Of a stretch of DNA of 64,000 nucleotides, positions 51,340 through 64,000 are shown in pieces. The stretch is from Lama glama (Eukaryota), in assembly GCA_028534125.1 (NCBI GenBank), contig CM052816.1, positions 7,814,001 through 7,878,000 on the forward strand, read 5' to 3'. The notes beneath the pieces were generated by a model. It saw only the letters and a list, made by a program, of their open reading frames with translations. It was not told where the DNA came from and did not search any database. How positions within the stretch are numbered: position 1 is the first letter of the stretch; each line of letters opens with the position of its first letter. Position numbers and translations under genes: made by a program.

Positions 51340-52860
51340 AAAGCCCAGTTTAAATATAAAGACACATGCAGATTAAAAGTAAATGGAGAGAAATAGACTG
51401 CTAATACTAACCAAAAGAAAGCAAGGGTAGCCATGTTAATTTCAGACAGAGCAGACTTCAGAGCAAGGACAGCTACCAGGGATAAAGATGGGTATTACAT
51501 AGAGGTAAAGGGGTCAGTTCTCCAAGAAGATATTAACAGTTTTTAACATGTATGTGCCTAACAATAGAGTGTCAAACTATGTGAGGCAAAAACTGTTAGA
51601 ACTGCAAGGAGAAATGGATGAAACCACTATCACAGTTGGAGACTTCAACATTGCTCTTTCAGCAGTGGACAGATCTAGCAGGCAAACAATCAGTGTCATA
51701 TCGACCCATCGATCTCACTTGTAAGAGTCTACCCTGAAGCTACATCTCTACAAATACAAATCAAAATATGTAGAGATTAGGGTTCATCCACACAAATGAG
51801 TACTGTAAATCTATAAAAACGAGTCTACTAATTGGGATGTATTTTTAAATGCAAAAAGCAGGGTGCATAGTAGGTACATAACTTACTGGGTAAGAAAGGA
51901 GGGAAAATAATTGTATTTATAAACAAAAAATACTTGTGTATGTTAAACTACAGACTTGGAACAGACTAGAGGAAGCAAACTGACTCATGCATGTGAGGAA
52001 ACTTGTTTTTACTTAATATGGCATTGCAGATCATTGGGGAAAGAAGAGCCTGTGAAATTTTGCTAGGTCAGATGATTACATGAAAAAACATAAAACTGGG
52101 TCTCTACCTCCCACATACACAAAAGTCAATTTCAGGAACATTGGAGACTTTAAAGAGTAAATGTGAAGAGTGAAACTTCTAGAAGGAAATGTAGGAGAAT
52201 ATCTTTTGACTTCTGGGTAAGGGTATAGTCCACAAGTAAGACAAATAAGCACAAACTATAAAGGAAAAAGTTATATATTTGACACATTAAAAGTAAAAGT
52301 TGTACCTCTACTCCAAAGAAGACTCGAAGAAGTGAGAAGATAGGTCATAGACTGGGAAAAGTAATTTGTAAGGTATAATTAATGGAGAATTAGTATCCAA
52401 AATATGTGAAGAACTGTAACAAATCAGAAAAGAGGAGATACCCCAGTATAAAATAACCAGTAGTTACTAAGAAGCAGTTTACAGCAGAGGAAATCCCAGT
52501 ACCCAATAAATAGAAAAGATAATTGAATTTATGCAGCAATAATCAGGAAAAGTAGCTTAAAACTACAATGAGAAACCTTTTCATAATCAGCAGGTTGGCA
52601 AAAGTTAGCAGTTTGGCAGTGTCCATCAAAATAACAAATGCATGCACCCCTTTTAGGAAATGATCCTACAGATAGATTTATGTATGTGCGAAGTGATTTG
52701 TGTATAAGATTACTCATTGCTGCATTTTTTGTAGTAGCAAAATCATGGAAACATCCATCATTTTGGGTCTGGTTAAAAAAAGTTATAGAAGTCGTTGTGG
52801 TAAGACAGAGGTACTTCTTTCTATGCTGGTATGTAATTCCAAGATAGATTCAGTGAAAAA
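51340..52860 (+). mobile_element. Old L1 fragments in DCTN4 intron 8
   Basis: EN-like tcagacagagcagacttcagagc and gttggagacttcaaca; 3' ORF2-like ccacatacacaaaagtcaatttc and aaaactacaatgaga. Confidence 0.75.
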
Positions 52861-53641
52861 AAAATAAGTTCTGTTTTGTGTTATTGTGAAGAAGAAAGAT
52901 GATGTATGCATATACTTTTACGTGCATAGGCATCTGTGAGACAACATGTGAGAAACTGGTTGGCTCAGGGGAGATGAACAGTGGGATAGGTAACTGTTAT
53001 CTTTACGCTGTACCCTTTTTGTACTGTTAAAAATATTTTTTAGCCACATACATATATTGCCCATTCAAGAAAGTAAGTGTTACTGTATTTTAAAACATGA
53101 GATCTGGATTCACACTACTTGGATTTAAATCCCTGCTCCAAGTCTCATTGGTTCTGTGAAGTTTACACAGATTATTTACGTTTCCTGTGCCCCATTTTCA
53201 TCATCTGTGAAATAGGGACAATAATAATTATAGTACCGGCACCTGCCTCAATAAAGTTGATGTGATGCTTAAATACACTTAAGCCAAGAATACGTATCTT
53301 TTAGGCTAGCAGAGAGGAAATAAAAAAGACTAATAAAATTAGTATAGAGGAAAACTCAGCAAAATCTACATAAGTACTCAGTATGTGTTAATTATTTTAG
53401 TAGTTTTGAAGCACTACAAGGTTATAATATTTGATAGTGTAGTTGCTTATTTCCAGAAGCCCCAAACATTTTTTGTATATCTTGGTTATCAGTAGTACAC
53501 TATTTCAAAACATCTGTGGTCTTGGAGCAAAATGAAACCAAACTCTTAGTAAATGCTATTCTTCTGAATTTAGTAGCTCTTGAAATCAGCAGAGTGTGTT
53601 CTTATTTTTCTCTGATACATATTGTATTTTTTCTTTTTTAG

Positions 53642-53715
53642 AAATGTGAACATAATTTGAGCAAGCCGGAATTTAACCCAACATCTATTAAATTCAAAAT
53701 CCAGCTGGTAGCTGT
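53642..53715 (+). CDS. DCTN4: DCTN4 coding exon 9
   Basis: tttttag|AAA; KCEHNLSKPEFNPTSIKFKIQLVA(V); GT|gtgagt; 74 nt. Confidence 0.96.
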
Positions 53716-56484
53716 GTGAGTATTTGTATTTTGCAATTCGTGTTTTGGGTTATTGTTCTTTTGTGGGTTTTTTCTGATGTGAAATGTGGTTACTGTTAGC
53801 GTAAAAAAAAGAAGAGAAACTATGTCAGAGTACCCTTGCTGTTGTGTTCCTGTTTGGTTTTGAGGTACATACCACATACCAGGAAGTTTAAGGCAATTCT
53901 GTAGACACAGAATCCAGGGTGTTTATATCAAGGACACGTGACAGTGTGGTCTGTAGCATATGGTATGTTGTTAGTTGGAGGGTCAGTAGTCATCCATTAC
54001 AAATGATAAACTACCTAAATTTGGGAATGATCATTAAAAAAATTAAAGTAAAAAATAAAGTACAGCAGATTGAAGAATATGCCTGTAACAATGTTCATTT
54101 TATTTAACTGTGTTCTGGTATCGCTTTGTGGAGTGGGATAAGGTGGTTAAATTAGTGTTAACTCACTAAAACTTGTCAGTAGATTGGAATTTTGTGTTTG
54201 AAGCTGACTTATCAAACAAGAAAAATTAGGAAATTATTGTCTTGACTTTAGGGTGAGAGAGCCCTTCCTAAGTAAGGTAGGAAGCTCAGAAACCCCTAAG
54301 GAAAATAGCCAGCTTTGACCTTAGCAGAAGAATATGAGTTTTAAAAAACAAAATTGACAACAACGTCCTGAGACAATATAGCAGTGGACGAGAAAGAATA
54401 TTTGCTATTTCGTGATAAATAAAAGTTCAATATCCCTGGAATGGGCAGGGAGGGGGAGATGAGGTGGGGCAAAGGATTTGAACAGTTAGCTCACAGAGGA
54501 GAAATTTCATATGGCCAGTCAGTATGCAGAAATATGCTGACACTTGATAGGAAAAATTTTAAGGGTAATAAATGGTATTGAGTGCTTGTAAGAATGTGGG
54601 TGAACAGACTTGCATACATTATTGGTAGGCTGTAAATTGCTAGTCTTCTTTTGGAGAGGGGCCCAGAGTATCAAAAACAAAATTACACAGACCTTTTAAC
54701 CTGATCATACTGTCTCAGGAATCTGTTCCTATGGAAGCAGAAGCAATATATAAAGGTACATTTATAAGGATGTGTGTTGTAGCATTTTAATGGCAAAAAA
54801 GCTAGAAACAATTTTAGTGTCAAGCTGATTAACCATTAACAAATAATTGATTAAATTGAGATACACTCTTGTGTAGAATATGATACAACAGTTAAAAAGA
54901 AATCACGGGCAGTCAGGGTGGTAGAGAAGTGCTGGTCTGGTGAGTTGGGGAAAGAACTAGGAGGGCCAGATATGGGTTCTGTCACTTACAGAATTTGTCT
55001 AAACTTACTTCCCTCACGTCTGAAATGGGAATAACACCAGTCCCGCCTCTCTCTTGCAGTTGTTGAGAAGGATCAAACGAGCTGTTACGCTCACAAATGC
55101 TTTGTAAATGTAAAATCACCATACAGTATGTTGTTTTCCTAACTACTCTTATTTAAAGCATGACTGGCGAGGACTACAAAAATGGCACGGGAAGTCTGGT
55201 ACGAACTCCTTCCTTAATTAAGGATTACGCTCGTTACAGAAATCCTGACTGGCAAGATGTTTTTCACATCAATTTCTTAAGCTTGCTTTGAAAAAAGTGC
55301 TTGTTTTTTGGCATAATGGCAGTCACCTGCGAATCTTAATACATATGCTCTGGCCACACATCAGACTGGCTAAATCCAGATCCTTGACAGTGGAGCCCCT
55401 GAATTTGTATTAAGTTACTCAGGTAATCCTGATGTGATAATTCATGATAATCATGAAAAATACTTAGTCTGAAGTTAAAATACCTTTCTGCCTCGATGCT
55501 ACGATGCACTCCGACCTCCGCCCACTTACTGTGTTTCTGCCGTAGGTTTTGTCTTATGTCACCCTAAGTACAGTAATATTTATATGTGCTGTTTGTTCCA
55601 GTTGCCTTTTGTATGTATTTAATTTATTCTTCACAGTAACCTCAAGATATACATACTTTTCACTGTCCTCATTTTATAATTGAGGAAGCTAAGACACAAA
55701 GAGGTAAATACCTGCCTTACTCTTTACAAAGAAGCATCTTGGTATATAAATGCTAAGCTGTAGTTTGAACCTGGGCAGTTCTGGGTCCAGAACAAGCACA
55801 TGTAAGTATGATACTCTGTGGTCTTATTTAGAGATGTAACGTAACAGTGGTAAAGAGCAAGGACCCTGGAACCAGACTGCCCAGGTTTGAATTCTGGCCA
55901 CTTACCAGCAAGCTGTTTACCCTCCCAAGCCTAGTTTCTTCATCTTTGTAATGAGGATAATGGTAATATCTATCTTATGCAGTTGAAGTGAAGATTACAT
56001 GAGTCAGTATTTGTAACGTACTTAAAAAACTGCCTGGCACTTAATCAGTGCTATATAAAAGTGTTTGGTAAGTAAGTAAGTGGTAGTGTTTTTACACCCC
56101 CTACCATGTGTTAAATCAATCTTGGATGTTGTAATCAGCTGCCTTACTGATTTACGGAAATGAATTAATAAAATCTTTAAAATATATATAATTATATATA
56201 TATATATGTATAAGAAATACATATATAAGAAGGATACGTGCCATGATGCCCACATATATAGGATCTAAACTAGAGGTATACATAAGATTTCAGAAAGAGT
56301 GCATTACCAGTATGGTTTCACGTCTTAAGTTCTTAAGTGATACAAATCTTTAAAATTCTTTTTCTCTGACATGTTCTAGTTAACATGAAGAAATCCTTTC
56401 TTTGCTGCACTAGCTTTAAAAAAAAAAAGTGGTAATTTTGAGAGACTCTGGTGAACATTAATGCATTTTTTTATTCATGCATAG

Positions 56485-56539
56485 CAATTATATCCCAGAA
56501 GTGAGAATCATGTCAATTCCCAACCTTCGCTACATGAAG
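56485..56539 (+). CDS. DCTN4: DCTN4 coding exon 10
   Basis: gcatag|C; NYIPEVRIMSIPNLRYMK; AAG|gttagt; 55 nt. Confidence 0.96.
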
Positions 56540-56585
56540 GTTAGTACCATGCTTATTAATAGGAAGAGAAAGGATTAGTCAAGAA

Positions 56586-56608
56586 CGTGTGCGTGTGTGT
56601 GTGTGTGT
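56586..56608 (+). repeat. (TG)n microsatellite
   Basis: cgtgtgcgtgtgtgtgtgtgtgt about 47 nt downstream of the exon 10 donor. Confidence 0.9.
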
Positions 56609-57549
56609 GGTGGCTGTGTATATTTGGCATGGGGTGCAATGAGCAAGGATAGAAAACAAGAAAGTTTGAAATAATAAAGGGATTGAGATTTTAAATGTCT
56701 TTAAACTGGGATTCTTGACAACAGCATCTTTGAAATACATGCAGAAGGAGCAGTGTGCACATTACACAGAGGGGGAATCATGGGGAAAGAAAGGAGAAGT
56801 TAGACCCCATGGGCATCTTCAGCTCTCCTCCAGCCAGGTTCTGTACCATCTGGTCTGTGTGTATGTATGAGATACCAGGAGTCAGTCAGATTTCTTCTTG
56901 CCACTGCCCCTTTCTTCTTTGAGGACCTTATCTCCCATAAAGACCTCCCAGATAATTACAGAATATTCTGCTGCAGCCTCTTTTGTTATTTCATGCTGCT
57001 CATAAAGACATTTTTATAGTCCCTGTTCATTTTAAAGATTTCTTTTTTTTTTTTTTTTTTTGCTAATCTCAAGAGCACACCAAACAAGGGCAAATTATGG
57101 TTCAAAAAATCTTAAGTCTTTTACAGTCTTAATGTGCCATTTTTTTCTCTATTAATACACTTGGCTAGCCTTTGACTCCCATGGTTTATTTATGAGGGCT
57201 TCCTTATTTTCAGTCCTGAAGTCGCAACCTGGGTAGGGTAAGAAACATAAACTTTAAACAGTCACTTGGATGATGTATATTCTTCAGAATTTCTGGATCA
57301 AATGACTGACCCTTTCTATGGGATCTGTTCCATTTCCCCAGTGAAACAGCAGTTTCAGAGAGTATACAGCCTGACATAAGTACTAGACTAGGAGTTGGTG
57401 AGCACTTTGAGAATGCAGTGATATGGAAGTATAGGTGGGTGTTAGTGCTCAAGAGTAATGGTGGGGGGTGGAGGGCGGAGTGGATGGGGATTTTGTGAAA
57501 TCAGCATCTAAGAAAGTGAACCTAGGTGGCAGCAGTGGAACATGTCTGA

Positions 57550-57804
<255 letters not shown>

Positions 57805-58840
57805 TGATTTCACCTCTTAAGTTTTTTACTTTGTCTGCAAACACATTGCCACTGCCCTTTTTGAAGGTCTCGTCATTTCTTACCTGGAAGGTGACAGTAA
57901 CTTTCTGACTGACTGTTTTTAGTGCCCCCCGCCTTTTGCATTGCAGCCCATCTTCTGTCTTGCCCTTAGGATGATCTTTCTAAAATCTAACTTTGATGAT
58001 GGCATGCTGCATGTTTGGTGTCCCTCTGACTTTGGGATGAAGTCTAAATTCTTTGGCACAGCTGAAGAGCCCCTTACTGTCCTCACCTCTCTTTTCTTCC
58101 AAGATTATCTTCCCTGAGACCCCCATATCTAGCATTCTCCACGTTGTACATACTAATGGTTGAGATCCAAGCAGATCCAGTGGGTCATAAACTTTCATGC
58201 TGGAGAAATGCATTTTCCATTCGTTTTATTTAGAATTCCTCCTTCCTACCCCGACTCCCCTGACGTACGTACCCACACCTCTCTTTCTGTCTGTGCATAC
58301 TCATTATTCAAGACTCAAAGGAAGTGTCATTTCCTTTTTAAAGTTAGCGTGCCTTTACTAAACGCCCTCTGCTTACATAGAATATACATAGCACTAACTA
58401 CATGTTAGAATAGGTGACTTTGACTCTCAGTGTTAGTGGAATGAATGAGATGTGGCCTTTCTCCATTTTGCTGCTTCATGATTCATTTAGTACTTGAAAT
58501 TATAGATCAAGAACTTTTCTCTATAGACCATCTACTGCTGACTCAACATAATACTCATAACAAAAATGGTAGAAAGGATACCTGTATCTTTAAATAGCTG
58601 TTATTCAAGTAGTCCTTAGTAGAGAATTTATCTCTTTTTTCCCTTATGCTTTTTAATGATTTCACTTACTAGCATCACTTCCCAAGAGAGATGACACTCA
58701 TCTGTCCTTGCTCCTTTTTTAAATAACATTAATGACCTGTGCCAGTGAGGATAGAGACAGAAGTAAGTGTTTAATGAGTATACCCAACTTACGGATTTGC
58801 TGTTTCTCTCTTTACAGCTCCCCAGCCACCTTTATATCTG

Positions 58841-58885
58841 AAATTAGATATAAATTAGATATGAAATTAGATGTAATTAGAAATG
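58841..58885 (+). repeat. Short tandem repeat, ~4 x (A)AATTAGATAT
   Basis: aaattagatat aaattagatatg aaattagatgt aattagaaatg. Confidence 0.8.
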
Positions 58886-59461
58886 CGATTCATGATGTTA
58901 TCTATTAACCTCTAACACAGCAAAGTTGAAGCCTGGTTACAACATAAGGATAAGTCTGAAGAATGCTTGTTTCCCATGGCAGTAAACATACCCAGTATCC
59001 CCAGCTTCAGAAAATATGTTGGAGCCACTTTCTCCTTCATGTTTTTCCCTTTTAAAAAGAAAATGAGGAACTATTTCAGATGTACCACAAAATATAAACA
59101 GTGATATAGCAAACACCCATGTACTCCCACCCCCTTAAGAAATAAAACATTAAAGACACAGTTGAAGCCCCCATGTCCTGCCCACCTGAATTCCCCCTTG
59201 CAGCCCCCAAGAAGTAAGCACTCATTTGACTTTATCATTCCCTGAAACTACTTTGTTCTTGTTCTTTTACTAGAAATGTCTGTATTCCTATACAACATGT
59301 TTTTAAGCTTTTTATAAGTAAAAGAAAGTTGTGTTTCTCGAAACTTGCTGCTTTACTTCTGTATGTCTAGGTCGGTGCAATACTTGGCTGTATTCCGTTG
59401 AATGACTGTTTTACGATACAGCGATCCCTTCTGAGGCAGGCCTCTCTGTGTTGCTCTCCAG

Positions 59462-59559
59462 GTGGTGGTGCCCCCCAAAGAGCTTGTTTTAGCCGGCAAG
59501 GACGCAGCAGCAGAGTATGATGAGTTGGCAGAACCCCAGGACTTTCAGGACGATCCTGA
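59462..59559 (+). CDS. DCTN4: DCTN4 coding exon 12
   Basis: ctctccag|[35 protein letters not shown](D); GA|gtgagt; 98 nt. Confidence 0.97.
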
Positions 59560-59721
59560 GTGAGTGATCATTTTGTGACACACCCCCACCCCCACACACA
59601 CACCACACACCACAGCTGGCTGATACAAGAGGCCCACTCATAGATCTGTTTTCTTACCTGAATTTTTTAGAATAACTTTTTTCTTCCTATTTATAAAAAT
59701 AATTACTATAGAAATTGGATA

Positions 59722-59757
59722 TGTGTGTGTGTGTGTGTGTGTATTTATATATATATA
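59722..59757 (+). repeat. Compound (TG)n(TA)n microsatellite
   Basis: tgtgtgtgtgtgtgtgtgtgtatttatatatatata. Confidence 0.9.
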
Positions 59758-60034
59758 AAACCTTGAAGAAGAAAATAAAATCCCACCACCAGAGATAAGC
59801 ACATTTCCATCTTTGGGATCATTCTGTAAGCACAGTTTTTTAACCTGTGTTTCTTTCCCATGTTAAAATATTTTCAAGTGCATGATTTTTAATGGTTGTG
59901 GATAGAATACAGTATTCTATCCCAAAAGATTTATCATTGAATTTGTCCCCTGCCTTTTCCCCTTAGAGTATTTAATAGATTTTACTCTCTCATAACTAAT
60001 AAGTTAAAAACCAAGCCTTTCCCAGATGAGGAAT

Positions 60035-60630
60035 ACATCAGTCAGGTTCTAGTCTAAAAACAGAAATCACATCAGTTATTTTAGCAGAGAATATAATATA
60101 AAAGATTTGTTAACTAAGTAACTTCAGAGGTTAAAAACAATTCTGAAGAATCCCAGAGATGGCAATTTTATGAAGCAGTTACTTCATAGGGCTGAGGAAA
60201 CAAAGGGAAATGGCTAAAATGATTAAAATTTAGAAGCCTGAAGGAGAAGCCCCATCGAGCTGAAACTCAGACCTCTGGGAAATGGGGGAGGGGACACTGC
60301 ATGTCTGGTGCTGGCACTCAGGGTGGCAGAGATGGGGCATGCTGAAGCTGGCTATGCAGTTGGAAAACTGCACCTGGCTACTGCCACTTCCTGAGTGAAG
60401 AAGCCCTGCTGGAGTGCTGCCCACATGGACCACACCCAGACAGCAAGCCCACAGGGACGAGCAAGCCCCTTCCTCCCTCAGGCTTCTGGTCTCCTTTAGA
60501 GCCCCTGAAGGGAGGCTGACAGCAAGCCAGCCTACCAAGCAGAAATGTGCTTAGCAGAACCCTGTGTCACAAAGCAAGACATAGAAGGTGGACTTGGAGC
60601 TGAAAAGCAGTAGCATTTAATACACTGGCA
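60035..60630 (-). mobile_element. Old ERVL/MaLR-type LTR remnant
   Basis: atcagtcaggttctagtct..aaacagaaatcac start resembles the antisense end of ERVL-class LTRs; family not assigned. Confidence 0.45.
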
Positions 60631-60735
60631 TAAGGAATATTTAAGGTTTTTTAACAGAATGATCAAAAGCTCCCTCAGCACAGTATTGGAAAGAGGAAAT
60701 AACATGTGATGAGTTAGAAAAACAAAGTGAGATTA

Positions 60736-60915
60736 GTACAGTGATTACCAAACTTGGGTTAACGTAGGCCCCAGAGTGAGTATTTTGTTTTAAATTTTTT
60801 TTAAATTCTATAGAGTGCCAGACCCCAGAGCTTCTCTTTAGCAGGTCTAGGTAGGCACCAGGAATCTGAATTGAAAAAAAAAAGCTTCCCAGATATCAGT
60901 GGTTACCTGGGAAGT
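60736..60915. mobile_element. MER5A-like hAT fossil
   Basis: cagtgattaccaaactt; caggtctaggtaggcaccaggaatctg; aagcttcccagat. Confidence 0.55.
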
Positions 60916-62084
60916 TAAGGGTAGAAAACCTTTTTCTTTTACTATTTTTAACTGAATTTTTAAAAAATGAATCTGATATAAATCGAAGGTTTGGTTAGTG
61001 ACTACAAAAATGCATTGAGTTACTGTAGTACAAAATGCATTCCTTGCTTTTGTGGGTCCTGAATTAAATTACATTAATTAAGAACAGAAATTTGTAAGGT
61101 CAAGGTAAACGTCTGGAAAGATACAAGATAAGAAATTCCAGTCAGATTACGTGACAGATAAATGAAAGGCTGAATTAATTATATTTCACATTATTATACT
61201 TTATAGGACTTCCAGATATCTGGAAATTAATAGTACAGAATACTAGGTAATATGTAAATATTTAATTTCAGGAATTTTTCTTAGAGTAATTGAGTATCAT
61301 TTGGCTAGTAGATCAAGTTCTGTTTGTTTCATTTCCTTTTTACTTTTTGAAGCTAAGTTTTCAAAACACAAACTTCAAGTGCATATCAGAGAAAACTGAA
61401 ATGGAAACTTCAGCTAAAGAGATTTTTTTTTCCTGTTCTAAAAATTCCTAATTTACAGAAGTTATTTTACAAAATACACTGATTGTTGTTATTCCAGAAA
61501 TTCCTTTAAAGCTCCGAGTTAGGATTCGTCTATATCCTATAGAAATATTACCACATGTATGTAAAGGTTAATGTGAAAGGATGCTTATGACAGGAAAACT
61601 GGCAACAGCCTTGGTGTATACCAGTTATGGTAAACAGTAGAATGCTGTGCACCCATTAAGCAGAAAAGAGAAGATATTTACCAACATGGACAGGTGTTTT
61701 TGATAAACGGAGTGGAAAAAAAAGCAAATTACAGAACAGTGTGTCCCTTTTGTGTTGGTTAAAAAAGCAGAAAAGTGTAAGCTCACAGAAAAATATCTGG
61801 TAGGTTGAGAGCCAGACTGTTTACAGTTTTTCTTTGTGTGCTGAGGAGGGAAAGGAGAGGAAAGACTTACTTTTTCCCATTTAAGTTTTTATGACGATAT
61901 TTTCTGTAATATTGAAAACAAATGAGATCAACATTTTGCTGAAGAAACTCTTCATTGTCCATAAAGGGGATGGTGATCATATCTTGTCATCAGAAATTTC
62001 CTGTTGGGCCATAAAATGACTGTGAGTCTAACTGGCTTTGCTGACTCGTGACCTGCCTAATACTGTGCTTCTTTCCTTCCGTAG

Positions 62085-62298
62085 CATTATAGCCTTCAGA
62101 AAGGCCAACAAAGTGGGTATTTTCATCAAGGTGACCCCACAACGTGAAGAGGGCGAAGTGACCGTGTGCTTTAAGATGAAGCACGATTTTAAAAACCTGG
62201 CAGCCCCCATCCGTCCCATCGAGGAAAGTGACCAGGGCACAGAAGTCATCTGGCTCACCCAGCATGTGGAACTCAGCCTGGGTCCGCTTCTTCCTTAA
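62085..62298 (+). CDS. DCTN4: DCTN4 last coding exon (13)
   Basis: ccgtag|[71 protein letters not shown] (TAA 62296-62298); all 13 exons sum to 1383 nt = 460 aa + stop. Confidence 0.97.
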
Positions 62299-62320
62299 AA
62301 TGTTCCCCTGGGGGGCAGAT

Positions 62321-62820
62321 NNNNNNNNNNNNNNNNNNNNNNNNNNNNNNNNNNNNNNNNNNNNNNNNNNNNNNNNNNNNNNNNNNNNNNNNNNNNNNNN
62401 NNNNNNNNNNNNNNNNNNNNNNNNNNNNNNNNNNNNNNNNNNNNNNNNNNNNNNNNNNNNNNNNNNNNNNNNNNNNNNNNNNNNNNNNNNNNNNNNNNNN
62501 NNNNNNNNNNNNNNNNNNNNNNNNNNNNNNNNNNNNNNNNNNNNNNNNNNNNNNNNNNNNNNNNNNNNNNNNNNNNNNNNNNNNNNNNNNNNNNNNNNNN
62601 NNNNNNNNNNNNNNNNNNNNNNNNNNNNNNNNNNNNNNNNNNNNNNNNNNNNNNNNNNNNNNNNNNNNNNNNNNNNNNNNNNNNNNNNNNNNNNNNNNNN
62701 NNNNNNNNNNNNNNNNNNNNNNNNNNNNNNNNNNNNNNNNNNNNNNNNNNNNNNNNNNNNNNNNNNNNNNNNNNNNNNNNNNNNNNNNNNNNNNNNNNNN
62801 NNNNNNNNNNNNNNNNNNNN
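62321..62820. other. Assembly gap (500 N) within the DCTN4 3' UTR
   Basis: Run of exactly 500 N. Confidence 1.
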
Positions 62821-63048
62821 AGAAACTACAATTTGAGGAACTTAAGGCTAAGTGAATTTGAATTTGTGATTTGATTAGCCCACCACAGTTTTCTTTTGTT
62901 CAAAGTGCTTATAGGCGTAATGAGCTAAATGTCATGCATATTTGTGAAGAAGCATCCTTTTTGGTCCCTTTTGGGAATGAGAGACACTCCTTGATCTTTA
63001 TGAATGACAGGTTACTGTTTTGCCTTACTGCTTAACTTAATGTAGTGA

Positions 63049-63054
63049 AATAAA
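63049..63054 (+). terminator. DCTN4: Probable DCTN4 polyadenylation signal
   Basis: AATAAA preceded by TGTA (63041) and followed after ~15 nt by GU/U-rich gtctgttttctgtttggtttc. Confidence 0.7.
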
Positions 63055-63389
63055 GCAGACAAAGCTTGAGTCTGTTTTCTGTTTGGTTTCATGGAGACTG
63101 ATTGGAATAGCATGACGGGTGGACTCAGCAGTTAGCTTGAGAGTCAGTGGGGCATGCTCCCTCCTTCCATTTCTCCAAATGAACTAAGCTGAAACCTCAT
63201 CAAGTGACTTCACCGTAACATTATGTAGATAGATGTTGCTTGCGCTCCTCATGGACATATTCTCAGAACAATTATGTAAATGTTATGTTGTTAGGCCTCT
63301 ATCAGCTTTGATCCTGGGTCATTGCCTTTTAAATGTACAAAATGGCCCAACCCTCATAAGTAGCCACTCATCCACTTCCGTCTGCGCTC

Positions 63390-64000
63390 AACTTTCCCCT
63401 CCTTTTATGTAGATGAATTGTTCATGTTCTTCTGTCTAAAGCCAGCCCCACCACTTACTGCACTCAATTTCATACTCTTAGCTATTCAAGGACATCGCTT
63501 CAGCCATTTCTCCCCCTCCCTCTCCTCCATCATTTCCATCAGCGTTTCTCTTACCTTAAAAAAAACAAGTTGACCTTACACCCCTCTTCATCCACCACCC
63601 CATTCTTCTATTCCCTTTACAGCAAAACTCTTAACTCTGCCTTCCAGTTCCTCCTCCCATTCTCACCTAAACCCATTCCACTGAGGCTGCCACCCCCACC
63701 ATGTCACCAAGCTGTTCTTGTCAAGGTCCCCAACGATCTACACCATTAAATATAATGGTCAGTTCTCAGTCCTTATCTATTTAGTCTTTGAGTAGCATCT
63801 GACAGCTGAAGTCTCCCTGCATGAAAGAGTGACTTGGTTTCTAAAACACAACTCTCCTGGTTTTCCTTCTGCCTTACTAGCAGCTTTTCTTTTGTATCCT
63901 TTGCTAGTTCTTTCCCATCTTCCCAGCCTTGGGGTGTACCAGGTCTCATTTCTTACAGTGCTTTTCTCTCTACACTCACTCTTAGTGATCTCACCCAGTT
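63390..64000 (+). mobile_element. L2 fragment
   Basis: ttctattccctttacagcaaaactc; tcttgtcaaggtccccaacga; aatggtcagttctcagtcctt; gtagcatctgacagctga; ctctcctggttttcc. Confidence 0.75.

Overview
Mammalian genomic DNA, most likely camelid: it carries nine copies of a tRNA-Ala-derived SINE matching the camelid Vic-1 family. The right half holds the complete coding structure of DCTN4 (dynactin p62) on the + strand. Thirteen GT-AG coding exons from 34853 to 62298 total 1383 nt (460 aa + stop), an in-frame 21-nt microexon (QHTIHVV) gives a 467-aa form, a CpG-island promoter lies at ~34.6-35.3 kb and a poly(A) signal at 63049. A second CpG island at ~10.4-11.15 kb has a minus-strand splice donor. It is probably the promoter and non-coding first exon of SMIM3, inferred from synteny only, since its CDS is not in the window. 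The rest is mostly transposable-element debris (L1, L2, MIR, MLT1/MLT2/LTR16, MER3/MER5) plus two 500-N assembly gaps. The most notable observations are a decayed class I ERV with recognisable env immunosuppressive-domain and possible integrase remnants, a well-preserved 589-bp solo LTR with a 6-bp TSD, the DCTN4 microexon, an L2 tail abutting an atypical UG-rich 3' splice site, and a candidate ETS/GATA/RUNX/E-box enhancer. I found no support for a wholly new biological system. Repeat family names come from pattern recognition, not database searches.
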